From assembly GCA_964016885.1 (NCBI GenBank), contig OZ024741.1, forward strand, positions 388,616,001 through 388,680,000: DNA of 64,000 nt, in the 5' to 3' direction. Of this stretch, positions 37,891-50,952 are shown piece after piece. Numbering within the stretch: the stretch's first letter is position 1; the number at the start of each line of letters is the position of its first letter. Made by a program: the position numbers and the translations under genes. A model generated the notes under the pieces. It did not search any database. It had not been told where the DNA came from and worked only from the letters and a program-made list of their open reading frames with translations. The stretch comes from Eledone cirrhosa. Lineage: Eukaryota.

Positions 37891-38869
37891 TGTATGTACA
37901 TACTGTGCTAATTAGAAAGGGTGTCAGCCATAGTAGTTATTGTGGAAGGAAAGACTTGGCTATCTATGCTAGTATGTGAATGTGAAGAGGCTGAGTCACA
38001 AATTATAAGTACCTATGAGTTATCAAGGAGTAATAATTGCTTTTGTTAAAATGTTTGGACAAAGCCATTTTGATAAATATCTACAGTAATTAATAGTTCA
38101 AAATCACATGTTTAAGTAATTGTAGAAATTACATACAGAATACAAATAGCTTAACCCTTTAACATTTAAACCGGCCATATCCAGCCATAATTCTCTCACC
38201 TCTTTCTGTAACCAGCTGCTCATACTGATGTTAAGGTATTGTGCTCAAAATATATAATATCAAAATCTCATAGATTTCATATTATGTTAGATAATTATGT
38301 GAAAAAAAGTGTTTACTGTGAAAATACAATAGTATATATAAGTTGTAGTGCATGAAACCACATAAGCAAGACATCATTGAAAAATATAAAACAGCTAAAT
38401 GACAGCATCACATTAAAAATTGAGATTGTTATTTTAATATTGCAAATTTTTACAACAATCCACTAGTAAAGATACTATTGATTTCACAAGCAGGCTGTTT
38501 TGTCAATTGAATCAACTGGAGACTAGTCATTGGAAATGATGAAGGTCCAACAACATACATCGTCATCGTTGCTGCGACCACAGATGAACATTCCTGACAA
38601 AGTCTCTCCACAATTCACAATATTCCATTGCTCCTGGTTACTACTCCTTACTGAAGTTTGTATTGTCAACACATATACTCACAGAAAAGTATATTTTGTT
38701 CGGGTAAAACTTGTTGGGGTCAGACACTGTATAGTATTTCTGATGATTCAAAAGGTAAAACTGAAGTTAAATAGCATTCATGAATTTATTTAGTGTTATC
38801 CTCCATTTACTTAACTATTAATCTACTTTTAATATTAAGTACTTTTAAACCGTTGATGCCTTTATTATT

Positions 38870-39082
38870 TACACACACAAACATGTACACACATACATAC
38901 ACATATACACATACAGACAGGTGCAAACACAGACACACATATACACAGACAGACAGGTGCACTCACAGACACATACACACACATTCACTGACAAACACAT
39001 ACATACACTAACAGACAGAGACACACACACACACACATACATACACTAACAGACAGAGACACACACACACACACACACAAAC
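38870..39082. repeat. (AC)n-rich microsatellite tract
   Basis: Read directly. Confidence 0.85.
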
Positions 39083-39169
39083 ATTTTTGTGTAATTAGGG
39101 AATTTATTAGACAGTCCATCTCTAAGAGTATTTTATCTGATTTTCTTAACTATTATAGTGATCGACAGT

Positions 39170-39254
39170 TATTACAGTCATTTTCTGCATTTGGGACACT
39201 CACATTTTCATAATATATATACACAGTGTTCCAAAGGCAGAAAATGACTGTAAT
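39170..39254. repeat. Small inverted repeat (~30 bp arms)
   Basis: tattacagtcattttctgcatttgggacact ... agtgttccaaaggcagaaaatgactgtaata, 2 mismatches. Confidence 0.8.
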
Positions 39255-39488
39255 ATATATATAACAAAGAAGGTGTGGTAAGATACCAGGTGGACCATAA
39301 CGCACCAGAGTACTCAATACTTAGGGTGGTAGAGTGGGAAGTTCGGATCTAGCAGTCGAAACGGCCGGAGCTCAGCCGTCGGGGTCCTGACTCTGTTCCT
39401 ATTATCCACTCTACTACCCTAAGTATCGAGTAATCTGGTGCGTTATGGTTCACATGGTTTCTTACCAATTATTTTTGTTATATATATA
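39255..39488. mobile_element. MITE-like foldback element in (TA)n
   Basis: 61-bp inverted arms (ggtaagatacc...ggtagagtgg / ccactctac...ttcttacc, 6 mismatches) plus outer ataacaaa/tttgttat; (TA)n on both sides. Confidence 0.65.
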
Positions 39489-40051
39489 CACACACACACA
39501 CATTTGACCAGAGTATGAATTCAGAGTATAATGTTTGAATGTTAAAGATATTCTTGGTATACATTTTACTTTCACAAAAGTAAGGGTTATTGAATAGTTA
39601 CTTAATATTATGAATATTGTCTTTTGAATACTTAAAACATGGCAGATTTTTCTTGACTGATGATTTCGTAGGAAATAGCAAAAAATACTACTTTCTATAA
39701 CACTATTTTCTGTAACACAATAAACATAATTGTTTTGTATTTCTTAAAGAACAGCCCCAAAGGCACCAGTTTTAAGTCAATGAAGCAATGCATGAACTAG
39801 TTTCTATTGATTGATAAAAGAATTTTAGAAACGTTAAATATTTAGCAATAATTTCACTCTAAATGTACAGTAATCAAGTCTTTAGGGAGGCTGGAAAATA
39901 TGAAAGAAAAAATGAGTCTTTGTTTAATAAAAACAATTTTGTAAAAATATTGACTATCAAGAGAAAAATGTATTTTAGTGTAACTGTTTTCATGTGAATG
40001 TGAAACATACATTTGTAATCTATGATTTCAAACATCATAATAATCAGCATC

Positions 40052-40210
40052 AGCAAGATGATTGGATAACATCAACGAGCTTGGCTAGTATTGCTTGGGG
40101 ATCCAGCCAGATCAATTGAAGATTGCTGCTTCTGACAAGACCTGCTGGAAAGGAGTGTTTGATAACTCTGCCTCCATGACCCTCTCAGGAATAAGTGGGC
40201 AAAGAAGACA
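40052..40210 (+). mobile_element. RTE-clade LINE 3' fragment (same family as 25130)
   Basis: ttggataacatc..gagcttggct...cttggggatccagc..gatca.ttgaaga..g.tgcttctgaca.gacc is shared with 25277-25360. Confidence 0.65.
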
Positions 40211-40295
40211 GAGCAGATTCATTAGGGTGTCAAATAAAAAAATGCCTCAGTAATTGTTCCAGCTCACTATATTCTAAATTCAAATACTAAGAATA

Positions 40296-40334
<39 letters not shown>
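40296..40334 (+). repeat. (TAA)n junction tract 1
   Basis: Perfect (AAT)n abutting the 3' end of Tx1 copy A. Confidence 0.95.
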
Positions 40335-40335
<1 letters not shown>

Positions 40336-40574
40336 TTTTCTTTATTAACCACAAGGGTTTACATAAAGTAGACATTAAGGACAGTACAGGACAATACAGG
40401 ACGGTACAAATGGGCATTTCTGCGTGTAAAAAAAACAGAGGATGAAATAAAATAACAAAGAAAAATTCCCCAATAGGGGGGAGACTTCCGAGGGACATTT
40501 GTGGAGAAAGCCCATTAAAAGACCACAGTGACCCTGACCACCAGGGCAAGTGCCCTCCCCCAGTTTTCCACCCT

Positions 40575-43500
40575 TAATTTACAGACACATACTCAGAGTA
40601 GGCCCATTCACTCGGGCCATACTTGCTTCTCTCACCCATCTTTCAACAAAATGCTGGGAAGAGAGCACTTCCCTCTCTACCCTGATTTTCCTTTTCAAAT
40701 GAAATTTGAAAAAGTTAATCAAGTTAATCATCACCGAAGAGGTAAGTGCTCGTCTTCAGCCCTTTCAAACGTGTCCACCATACTATCTCTTTCTCCATGG
40801 CCACCAGACAGATAAAAACTTCCTGCCCTTCCCGGCTAAAGGAAGAGTGCAGGGCAATCCTCACAATGGACTCAGCTGATAGCTGGATCCGTCCTACACG
40901 TGACAGCAGGTGTTCGACATAAACCCACAAGTCAGCAATGCTCGGACACTGGACGAGTCTGTGCAGGACGGTTTCGTCGCCATGCGCGCATCTCGGGCAT
41001 GCCCGGCTGACGGCACCTCCATGCCTGTAGAGTTTATCCCGAACTGGCAAAGCTCCCCGGTAGCACTGCCAGGCCAGGGATTTCTGGAAGTTGTCCATAG
41101 GCCCCGGCCCGAAAGTCCTTCCGAAGAGATTGGCTAGTTGATTTTCGTCGACGCCTAGAGTTTCTCCAAGTACGTCGTCGCTCTTCCCCTCCACTAATCC
41201 CCTATAGAACGCCAAGGTGGAGTTTCCACCGATCACATTGCCCGATTGGTCGAGGGCTGTGAGCGCCTGAAGACATTCCAGTCTCCAAGCGCTCCCTCTC
41301 GGTCTTCGCTTGACCCAGGACTGCAGCTCCGTCAAGGAGACGAGCTGGGGAAAAACGTGTCTAGCAAACGGCGACCACACCTGATCACCGTCGAGGAAGA
41401 GGTGGAGATGTCGTATCCTGAGCGTGTGTCTGCGCATCATCAGCCACGGCATGCCCAGCCCTCCACGTAGCGGGTGTTGACAGCAGATGGACCGCCTGAC
41501 CATCGGAGCGCGTCCCTTCCACAAGAAGCGAAAGAGCAAACACTCCAGCGCAGTCAGGCGGGGCTTAGGACAAGGTACGACGGTCAGGCGGTAGTAGATG
41601 ACGGACGCGATGTACGCATTCGCCACCTCCGCTCGACCTTTCAGGGATAGCTTCCTCTCCGCCCATTTCTGGGTGAGAGAAGCCACCCTGCTCGTCACCT
41701 CGTCCCAGTTTTTTGTCCGACTGTAGGTCTGGACCGAACCAGACCTCTAGCAATTTAACCGGTCCGTCCGTCCAGCGCCCGGCGACGCTGTTGGACGGCA
41801 TGGACCTGCCTCTCCAGGTGCCGAGCTGCAGGCCCACTGACTTTTCCAGGTTGATCATTTCTCCTGTCACCGCTTCGTATTCTCTTAGTGTAGTGCCGAT
41901 CGCCTCAATGTGTTTGGCGTTCGACACCACTATGGTGACATCGTCGGCATATGCTGACACGGATCTTCCGCATCCTAGCTCGAGCGGGACCCCTCTCAAC
42001 GTCTCCAGTTTGTGCAGTAATGGCTCGAGAGTCAATACGTACAATAGGGACGAGAGGGGACATCCTTGGCGGACCGAGCGCATGATGTTGAACGGTTCCG
42101 AAAGGTGACCGTTCACTCTCACTACAGAGCAGATGTCGCTGTGCATGGCAGCGATCCAGCCTCTGAAGACGGGCCCAAAGCCAGCCGCCCTCAGGACTGC
42201 CGCTAGGTAACGATGGTCGACCCTATCGAAGGCTTTCGACTGATCTAAATTGATCAAAGACCCACCCGTGCCAGGTTCCCTAGCTACCCTCTCTACGATG
42301 TATCGAATGAGGTGGAGGTTGTCGTGGATGGATCTGTCGGGAATGGCGCATGTCTGTGCCTCTCCCACCAGACCACCAACGACAAGCGCCAACCTCTTTG
42401 CTAGCACCTTGGCCAAAATCTTGAACTCTGTGTTTAGCAGAGTTATGGGCCTAAAATTATCTATGTTATCCCCCTTGTTCGGATCCTTTCTCAGCAGCGC
42501 CACCGCTCCTCGGCTCACAGAGCTCGGAATTCTCCCGTTCTGTTGCCAGTTGCAGTAGACGTCCGCCAAGAGGCCTCCGAACAAGTCTGGCATTTGTACG
42601 TAAAGTTCATAGGGCAGACCATCCAAACCAGGCGATTTACCCCTTGTGCAACTAGTCATTGCATCCCGTACTTCAGCGGTTGTTATCGGCTTTTCGCAAC
42701 ACTCCGCCTCAGTGGCCGAAAGCCGCGGCAGTCCGTCGAGGTAGACACTAAAGTCCATCCCTCGATCCGGCCCGCCACTGCCCCCGAACATTTGAGCGAA
42801 GTGTCGCTGAAAAGCTTCACACATTTGCCCGGGATCGAGTAGCATGCGCCCGTCGTGGTCCACCAAAGACCGGATCGTGGCTTTATTGCCACGACGCGCC
42901 TCCGCTACTCGGGCCCATTGAACGGCTTTCGTCCCCTCGTGTCTGAGAGCACGCACCCTTGCTCTGACAACGCAGCCTTCGTGCTTTGCATTGAAGAATT
43001 GGTCAAGGGCCAATTTCGCCGCAAGTACGTCGGTCGCGATGTCTTTGCTAAGCGCCTCGTCTAATTTTCTAACTAATTCTCCCTCTGCTCTATTTTTCTC
43101 TATTGCTAAAGCCTTACTAAACCTAATGGACTCTATTCTAATTGCTCTTTTCAGAGCAAACCACCACTTGTTGTTGACGATGGCCCCCGTCAACGCCCGC
43201 GTAACTAGTTCGCTAATCAGGTCTCTGTAGGCCTTGCGCGCTGGTAAGGACGCGTTTAGCTTCCAGTAGCCGGGTCCTCGTCTATGAAGCCTATCTAAGT
43301 CAAGCACACAGATCACGAATTTGTGGTCCGTGTAGCTGACTATCTTGAATTGTGGACAGCCTATGCTAGACTTATCTATTTCCCTACAAAATACTCTATC
43401 TAGATATGATCTGGATGACCCTATGCGATTTGTCCAAGTCCACATTGGTACATTCGGGAAATCCATTCGGTACCTGTCAGACAGTTCAAAACGCCTGAGC

Positions 43501-44003
43501 AGGTTGGTGAGACTCTTGCACCCTCCTTCCCTATCCACTAATCCCACACAATCCCAGCGTGCATCTAAGATCCCGTTCCAGTCGCCCACTAACATTAAAG
43601 AGCGGGACGTTCCAAGAAAGGTCTCCAGACGCCGGAAGAAATCAGGCCGCCCTGCTCCTGTCGGGGCATAGACGGCCACTAACCTGAAAGCTTGCCCGTC
43701 TCCGCTGGTCACGTCCAGCACCACCAATTTACCTTCTGGGTCCAGGAATAAGGTCCGTATGGCAAGATCCAAACCTCTCCGAAAAAGCACAGCAACTCCT
43801 CCCCCCGATCCCGGACGGCTGGGAGATGCGTACACATCGTAGCCGCCGAAGATCGGTGCGAAGGCCCGTGCTTCGGAGATTCTAGTCTCGCTGATGGCCA
43901 CTACATCTATGTTTAGTGACCTGAGGTCGTTGAGCAGGTGGCCGCGCTTCCATGACGACCACAAGCCACGCGCATTTATGCTGCCTATTCTGAGTGAGGT
44001 CAT
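40575..44003 (-). pseudogene. Tx1 ORF2 (AP endonuclease + reverse transcriptase + C-terminal Zn finger), copy A, two frameshifts
   Basis: SINARGL, ISET, VYAP, GDWN, YLDRV, TDH (EN); KSPGLDG, RPITLLN, DQSKAFDRV, VRQGCPLS, YADD (RT); CPRC..ETVLH..VQC. Shifts near 41710 (T6 vs T5 in copy C) and ~40725. Confidence 0.93.
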
Positions 44004-44037
44004 GTTGAAAAGGAGTGGAAAAGATGGGAAAGACCAC

Positions 44038-46037
44038 TTACCTTACTTCTCGTAGGGGAAGGACGGTTTTTCTATCCTTTTCACTGCTTGTGGCCTCCTC
44101 AGGAAGGATGTCCTTATAAATCCTCCTGGCGAGTGCTTGTCGGAAGTCTCCGATGTCTTTGGGGAATTTTTGTTTTAGTGTCATGTACGTTTTCTGTGTG
44201 ATGCGAGTGATTTGTATGTGTGGAGGTGGTGTGAATTTTTGGGTTGTTGTGTAGTCTTTTTCTGTGATGCTGGTGTTGTGTTGGATGTAGTGTAATAATT
44301 GCTTGTTGTTCAAATTTAATGCTGTGTAGTGTGTATCGTTTTGGTTGTTTTGTTTTGTTTGCGTTTGTTGTGGGTTTGTTTCTGTTTCGCATTTTGGTGA
44401 CTTTTGTGGTGTAGGTGATGGTGGTGTTGGGGTTAATGATGGTGATAGTGTTGGTGTTTGGGTTGATGGCGTTGGTGATGCTGGTGTGGATGGTGGCATA
44501 TCTGTCCTAACTTTTTTGTTTGTTAATTTATTTGTTTCCCTCTGTATTTTGTTTTGGAGGGGGAAGGAAGGGAATTTCTTCTTTTTTGGTTTCTTTTTTT
44601 TTTCCTGATACCGTTTCCCACTCCTCGTCGTCACAATCTGTCTCCAGTTGTGATAGGCCGGGGAGTGGAAAATCCTCCACAGGCGTTAGTTTTGGTTGTG
44701 GCGTGGTGGATGGTGTAGGCGCTGGTGCTAGTTCTGAAGCGTTGGGTGGTGGTGGTGTTGGTTTTGCTGGTGGTGGTGGTGTTGGTTTTGCTGGTGGTGG
44801 TGGTGTTGGTTTTGCTACTGTTGCTGGGGTTGTTGCTGTTATAGTTGCTTCTGTTGTTGCTGCTTCAGTTGTTGCTGCCATCTCTGCTACTGGTGGTGTT
44901 GATGGTTGTGTCACTGGGGTGGGTAGGAGAGGTGGCCTTAACCTTTTAGCCTGAGGGCAGAAAGCCCTTAGGTGGGTTCCTTCACCACAAACGGCACACC
45001 TAGGCCTTCTGCCCTCGACAATTACGGTGAGGTGGCTGCCGTCAGTGAGGTCTATTACCTCTGGGATCTCTTCAATGCTTTTTTGGTCCGCTTGGATCAG
45101 GAGCTCCATCCCAGATCCGGACCAGTTCTCCTGCTTTTCTTTTGCTATTGCTATTATCTTTGTGTTGGCTTCGATGCCGGCGAGGACGGCCGCTATTAGC
45201 CAGGGAATTTCGATGGCCGGTGGAACGTGGGTCACCCTGATCTTTACGAGTCTCTGGCCACAATAGCTTGGGACGAGTGTGAAGTCGTCACTTCTTAATG
45301 GGGCCATGGAGTGTTCTCTAGCCTCCTCTGGTGTTTCAAAGAACACGTCCACTGTTCCATACTTCTGCCCACGTCTGATGTGGGTATTTCTTGCCCACAC
45401 ATGTCCCAAAGCTTTTTGGATTTGGGACTCGGATGCCCGTTCCACTCGGCGCGATTTTACATTTATTGTTCGATACGACACGGTGCATAGGCGCCGATGC
45501 TCCATTTTATTAGGTGGGGGGGGGGCTGACCCTGTACCCATCTTTCTTTACCATTTGTTTGGCATTTTCTAAATCCTCCTGAGTTACCGTAAATGCTTCG
45601 AACTGTTTTGCTACGATGGCGAAACTGAGGGTGGTTTTTTTAATGTCATTGTTGTTGTTGTTGCTATCGTTATTTTTGTTATTATTAATTTTAGTTTCAG
45701 TTGTGGTGGTGGTGACGTCAGTGAAAGTCGGTTTGGGAGAGTCCATTTTGATTGAAAATATTTCGACATCACGAGTTGATTTATTTTTTCCTTTTGTTTC
45801 TGTTGTCGCGGTGGTGGTGGTTGTCGAGGGGATGGTGGTGGTGGCGGATTTAACACCTGCAGTCATTGATAATGGCGGGAAATGAATGTCTGCCTGAGAC
45901 AAATTTAAAATATTGTTACTGCTTATATTTTTTTTAGTGTTGGCAAACGTAGTAACATTTACAATGGTGGTGTCGGTGTGAGGTGTTAATTTGTGAGGAA
46001 GGCTTTCAGCTGCTTGGTGCAGAGGTGAATTAGCCAT
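44038..46037 (-). pseudogene. Tx1 ORF1 (Gag-like, CX2CX4HX4C), copy A, split at homopolymers
   Basis: ORFs 45510-46037, 44528-45541 and 44038-44634 join at a G-run (~45516-45525) and a T-run (~44594-44603); VEGRRPRCAVCGEGTHLRAFC. Copy D reads through the first break in frame. Confidence 0.88.
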
Positions 46038-46246
46038 TTTTTTTTCAAAGAAATTTTTGGATAATCATAAAAGTTTTATTTTGGGCACAAGGCCCCAATC
46101 TTTTTGGGTGTCCTTTTCGGAAAACAATGTATGTGCGCTTATATATAGTTAACAATAAAAATTTTCCATAAATGGCAATTTTTAACAAACAGAAATAACA
46201 AACCTTTGCGGAGCTCACGATGATACGATTTACTACGTAGGTCGCC

Positions 46247-46284
<38 letters not shown>
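46247..46284 (+). repeat. (TAA)n junction tract 2
   Basis: Between the 5' end of Tx1 A and the 5' end of Dong-like 1. Confidence 0.95.
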
Positions 46285-46286
<2 letters not shown>

Positions 46287-49200
46287 CAAGTCTAAACACC
46301 TAAAGATGCATGTGTGTGTATGTGTGTTCTTTCTTGAACATGGCGGACCTTGTTGTCTCTTGAGGTGACACTCGTTCTAGAAGTGGTAACACGTATAAGG
46401 ATAAAACGCGACAAAATAAAGTAAATGTCTAATGATAAAATCTCACACCGGATCGGCCGTCACCCGGGTAAAAAAGGGCCGCGTCCCTCAGAGAGGAACC
46501 AGACGGGGGGTCGAAAAATCAGCTAATGGTTCAAACCTTCCCATCACTTCGGAGCTGGAGACCTCCCATAACCGGAATACTCCTACTGTTGGCTCTCCAT
46601 GCTCACCACCAAGAAATCCAAAGAAAAAGAGCGAAAAATGGTCAAGGGAAGATAATAAAGAAGTCCTTGAGGCTTTCTACACTGCCATGTACTACCCATC
46701 AAATACATCGAATACAGAACAGACATATATCAACTGTAAAAAGAAACACCCCGAAAACAGAGGCTATATTGACAGTAGCAAACTAGCCAATATACGAAGC
46801 AATATTGTAAAAAAAAAGTTACTAACTGATACAGAAATTGATCAGATCAAGCTATTAGCACAAAGTCAGCGAAGGGAAATGAAACATGTGTCAGTGAAAA
46901 CGAGGTAAATTGTAACACTTCGAATCCCAGGGTTGGGGCGGAATCACTGACAACAGAACAAATTAAAGAAAGGATCGAAAAAGTGGAGGGAATACATGCT
47001 CAAGATGAAACTCCAAATGAAAACAATGAGATCGTAAATGATAAAGAAATGAATGAGAATGAGCTTGCCAACTTGAAGGATGAAATTATGATCGAATGGA
47101 TGAAAATGAAAGAATCTGACATGGGGGAACGAGACACCCTCCCTAAGATCCAGAACTCCAAACAGAACCAAAAGATAATACACAAGACTAACATAATTAT
47201 CAAAAACATTATCATCACAAACAAACTAAACATTACTGATTTAAATCATCTCTATTATGCATCGGCTAAAGTCACCACTCACTTATGTGGAGTGAAGATG
47301 AAAAAACAAAGGAATTCCCACAGGAAATCTACTTGGCAAGAGAACATCAATCGCCAAATAAACCTTCTGCGATCTGACATAGAAATTTTAAAAAACTATA
47401 AAGTAGGTGAACATGTTAAACAAACTAAACTTAGAAAATTGAAAAGAAAGTACAGTATAAAACCAACAAGTGACATAGGCATGCTGATAGAAATAATCAA
47501 GCAAAAAGTGTCGGCCAAAGCTGCTCGTATAAGGCGCTTTGAAAAACGATCTAGATTCTATAAGGACAATAATATGTTCAAAACCAACCAAAGAAACTTC
47601 TACAGAAAAATTGGTAAGTCAACAATAACTGCTAAATCAATACCACCCAAGGAGGAAGTGCAAGAATTCTGGGAAAAGATCTGGGCCGAAGAAAAAGTTC
47701 ATAATATACATGCCCCATGGATAGACAGACAAATGAAAGATACAGCTCACCTTGAGGAACAAACATGGGAAAATATAACAGTTGAACAGTTGCGTTTGGC
47801 TCTAAGAAAAACCAGCAAATGGAAATCCCCAGGAAAAGACAAAATACAAAATTTTTGGATAAATGCCTTCACAGAGTCTCATGAGCTGTTAGCCCAACTT
47901 TACAATGAAATAGTTAAGGAGCCAGAAAAGATACCATCATGGCTAATTAACGGCATTACATTCCTGCTTCCGAAGAATGATGAGACAAACAATCCCAAAA
48001 ATTACAGACCGATAATTTGCTTGACCACAATGTATAAAATTTTAACATCAGTCCTAACTGAGTATACATATGACCACCTGATAACAAATGACCTATTTCC
48101 CATTGAGCAGAAAGGGTGTAAACGAGGCTCATATGGCTGTAAGGATCAGCTTTTGGTTAACAAAATGACACTGGAAGATTGTCATAATAGACACAAAAAT
48201 CTATCAATTGCTTGGATAGATTATAAAAAAAGCATTCGATAGTTTGCCACACAGTTGGATTGAAAAATGTTTAGAGATTTTCAAAATATCCCCCGTTGTC
48301 AGGAGGTTTTTGTCATTCAGTATGAAGACATGGAAAACGACACTTCTTTTGAATAGTGAAAAAAAATCACTGGAAGCTGGAGAAGTTAATATTAATTGTG
48401 GAATTTTTCAGGGTGACTCTTTATCACCACTTTTATTCTGCATCGCGCTTATACCATTAAGTAAAATGCTCAATGAAACAAAACATGGATATAAAGTCTA
48501 TGACAAAACCATTAATCACTTGTTCTACATGGATGACCTGAAACTATTTGCAAAAAACGATGAACAATTGCAAGGGCTATTATCCACTGTGGAGCAGTTC
48601 AGTGATGACATTAAAATGGAGTTTGGACTGGATAAATGCGCCAAAGCAACGTTCACCAGAGGAAAGCTGCTGAAAAGTTCAGACATTAATCTTGATCGAG
48701 GGAATGTGATAAGAGAACTTGATCAAGAGGAAACTTACAAATATCTAGGTGTTTGTGAAGGAGACGGAATCAAGCACTCGACAATGAGGGAAGGATAAGG
48801 AAGGAATGTTACGGCAGAGTAAGAGCAATCTTAAGAACAGAATTGAATGCAAGGAATAGGATCGATGCCATAAACACGCTTGCCATACCAGTAGTAACCT
48901 ACAGTTACAATGTCATCAACTGGTCAAGCACAGAGATCCGTAGGCTCGATAAAAAATTAGAAAATTCTTAACCATGCACAGAATGCATCACCCTAAGGCT
49001 GATACAGATAGAATATATCTCCCTAGGAAAGAAGGAGGACGTGGGTTAATCCAGTTAGACATTGCGTTGAAAACTGCAACAATTGGATTATCTACATATC
49101 TAAGGGAATCACATGATTGGATGATCAAACTCGTTTTGAAACACGAAAGCATCAAAAGATCATACTCCATTACAAAAGATGCACAAAGATACAGTAATGG

Positions 49201-50215
49201 ACTACACATTTCAGAAGTCCCATTTACTGCTGAAATGGAAAACACAGAAAAAGCAAAGCAGGTAAAAGTAACTGCAAAGAAAGAACTGCTACAGAAACTG
49301 GCTAAGAAATGGCAAGAAAAGCCTCTGTATGGAAAATACCCAGAACGAGCTAACAATCCTGATGTTGACAAAACTTTAACCCATCAGTGGTTGGCATCCT
49401 CTGGACTGAAATCAGAGACTGAAGGACTGATTATATCAGCACACGATCAGTGTCTGCCAACAAAAAAATTACCAAGCCAACATAATAAAAAATGGATGCA
49501 GCCCATTATGCCGTGTATGTAAAAAAAACAACCAGAGACCATTGACCATATAATTTCAATGTGCAGTCCTATAGCTCCAACCGAATACCTAAACAGGCAT
49601 GACAGAGCTGCACAATACATACATTGGATAATGTGTAAGCATTTTGACCTGCCCCATCAAAAGAATTGGTGGGAGCATCAGCCACCTCCCATACTTGAAA
49701 AAGATCACATCTCAATCTTGTGGAACTTTAGCATCCAAACAGACCGAAAAATAGATGCAAATAGACCTGATATAATATTGAAGGACTTTAAAAAGAGGGT
49801 ATGCCTGCTAATTGATATGTCCGTTCCAATAGACAAGAATGTATCTATAAAAACATTTGAAAAATTGAGCAAGTATAAGGACCTGGAGATAGAAATTGGA
49901 AAAATGTGGAAATTGAGAACTAAAACAATACCAGTGGTTGTAGGCGCTCTAGGAATGATACCTAAGGGGTCTAATGATTACTTATCGCAAATCCCAGGAA
50001 ATGGAGTATAGGAGAAATACAAAAGATAGTACTAATGGGAACTGCCCATATACTAAGGAAGATTCTGTCAATATAAGTACATCACAAGTCTAAACACTAA
50101 AGATACATGTGTGAGTGTGTATGTTCTTTCTTGAACATGGCGGACCTTGTTGTCTCTTGAGGTCACTGGTTGTGACTTGGTGATAACTCGTATGAACATA
50201 AAGCAAGATAAATGC
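46285..50215 (+). mobile_element. R4/Dong-clade RLE non-LTR retrotransposon (Dong-like 1), apparently full length
   Basis: Single long ORF (broken) with RT, CCHC and restriction-like endonuclease; (TAA)n at both ends. Confidence 0.9.
46432..50076 (+). pseudogene. RT-RLE polyprotein of Dong-like 1, multiple frameshifts
   Basis: WKSPGKDKIQNFWI, NYRPIICL, EQKGC, WIDYKKAFD, GIFQGDSLSPLLF, YMDDLK, YKYLG, GGRGL, CRVC..PETIDHIISMC, RHD, ANRPDIIL..LIDMSVP..KLSKYKDL (PD-(D/E)xK type). Confidence 0.9.
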
Positions 50216-50234
50216 ATAATAATAATAATAATAA
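50216..50234 (+). repeat. (TAA)n junction tract 3
   Basis: Tail of Dong-like 1 and 5' flank of Dong-like 2. Confidence 0.9.
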
Positions 50235-50925
50235 ACACCATATTTACAAGGAGGAGGCTAGCCCACTGTGTAGGATCTGTGGAGAGAGAGAGGAGACTGT
50301 GGCTCACATTGTATCCGAGTGTAAACACCTAGCCCAGACTCACTATAAAGGCTGGAGACATGATGTGATGGGCAGGGTGATCCACTGGCACCTATGCAAA
50401 GTAAACAATTTACCACATTCTGAGAAGTGGTATGAGCATATGCCAGAGGCGGTGATAGAAAACGATCAGGTGAAGGTGCTGTAGGATTTTAGGATTCAGA
50501 CGGATAAGAAACTGGAACACAATAGGCCTGACCTGGTGGTTTTGGACAAGGAAAAAAGATCGTGCCTGATTGTGGATGTAGCCTGCCCATTTGATACGAG
50601 AGTCCAAGAAAAGGAGAGGGAGAAAATTACCCGATACCAGGATTTAAAGTGGGAGGTAAAAAGGAATTGGAACTGCCATGAAGTCAAAGTCGTCCCTATT
50701 GTCATAGATGCACTAGGTACTATCTCAAAGAGTTTCCAAGGATGGTTAAAGAAAGTTAGTCCAGCCCCGCTTTTTGGAACATTTCAAAAGGCATGCTTGC
50801 TGGGAACAGCAAGAACACTCTGATACGTCCTGAATATCTGAGGCTGCAGGTAGTGGCTTGATATTCATTTCAACAAACTTTCCAGTTAACTAACATCAAT
50901 GACAATAACTAACTAACTCAAAAAC
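50235..50925 (+). mobile_element. Second R4/Dong-clade family (Dong-like 2), 5'-truncated
   Basis: CRICGEREETVAHIVSEC, RHD, HNRPDLVV..LIVDVACPFD..KITRYQDL; internal stop; clearly diverged from Dong-like 1; (TAA)n tail. Confidence 0.88.
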
Positions 50926-50952
50926 AATAATAATAATAATAATAATAATAAT
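50926..50952 (+). repeat. (TAA)n junction tract 4
   Basis: Shared tail-to-tail by Dong-like 2 (+) and Tx1 B (-). Confidence 0.95.

Larger units (their letters stand above)
40335..46246 (-). mobile_element. Tx1/L1-group non-LTR retrotransposon, copy A, full length (~5.9 kb)
   Basis: 5' end GGCGACCTAC directly after (TTA)n; ORF1 with CCHC knuckle; ORF2 APE-RT-zf; 3' end cccttgtggttAATAAAgaaaac followed by (ATT)n. Confidence 0.95.

Noticed and set aside
38150-38200. TTAA-CCCTTT piggyBac-like terminus (also ~2020)
   Set aside because: No matching opposite terminus could be identified.
39340-39400. Hammerhead ribozyme in the hairpin loop (gtcgaaac), also near 33530
   Set aside because: No CUGANGA core at proper spacing on either strand.
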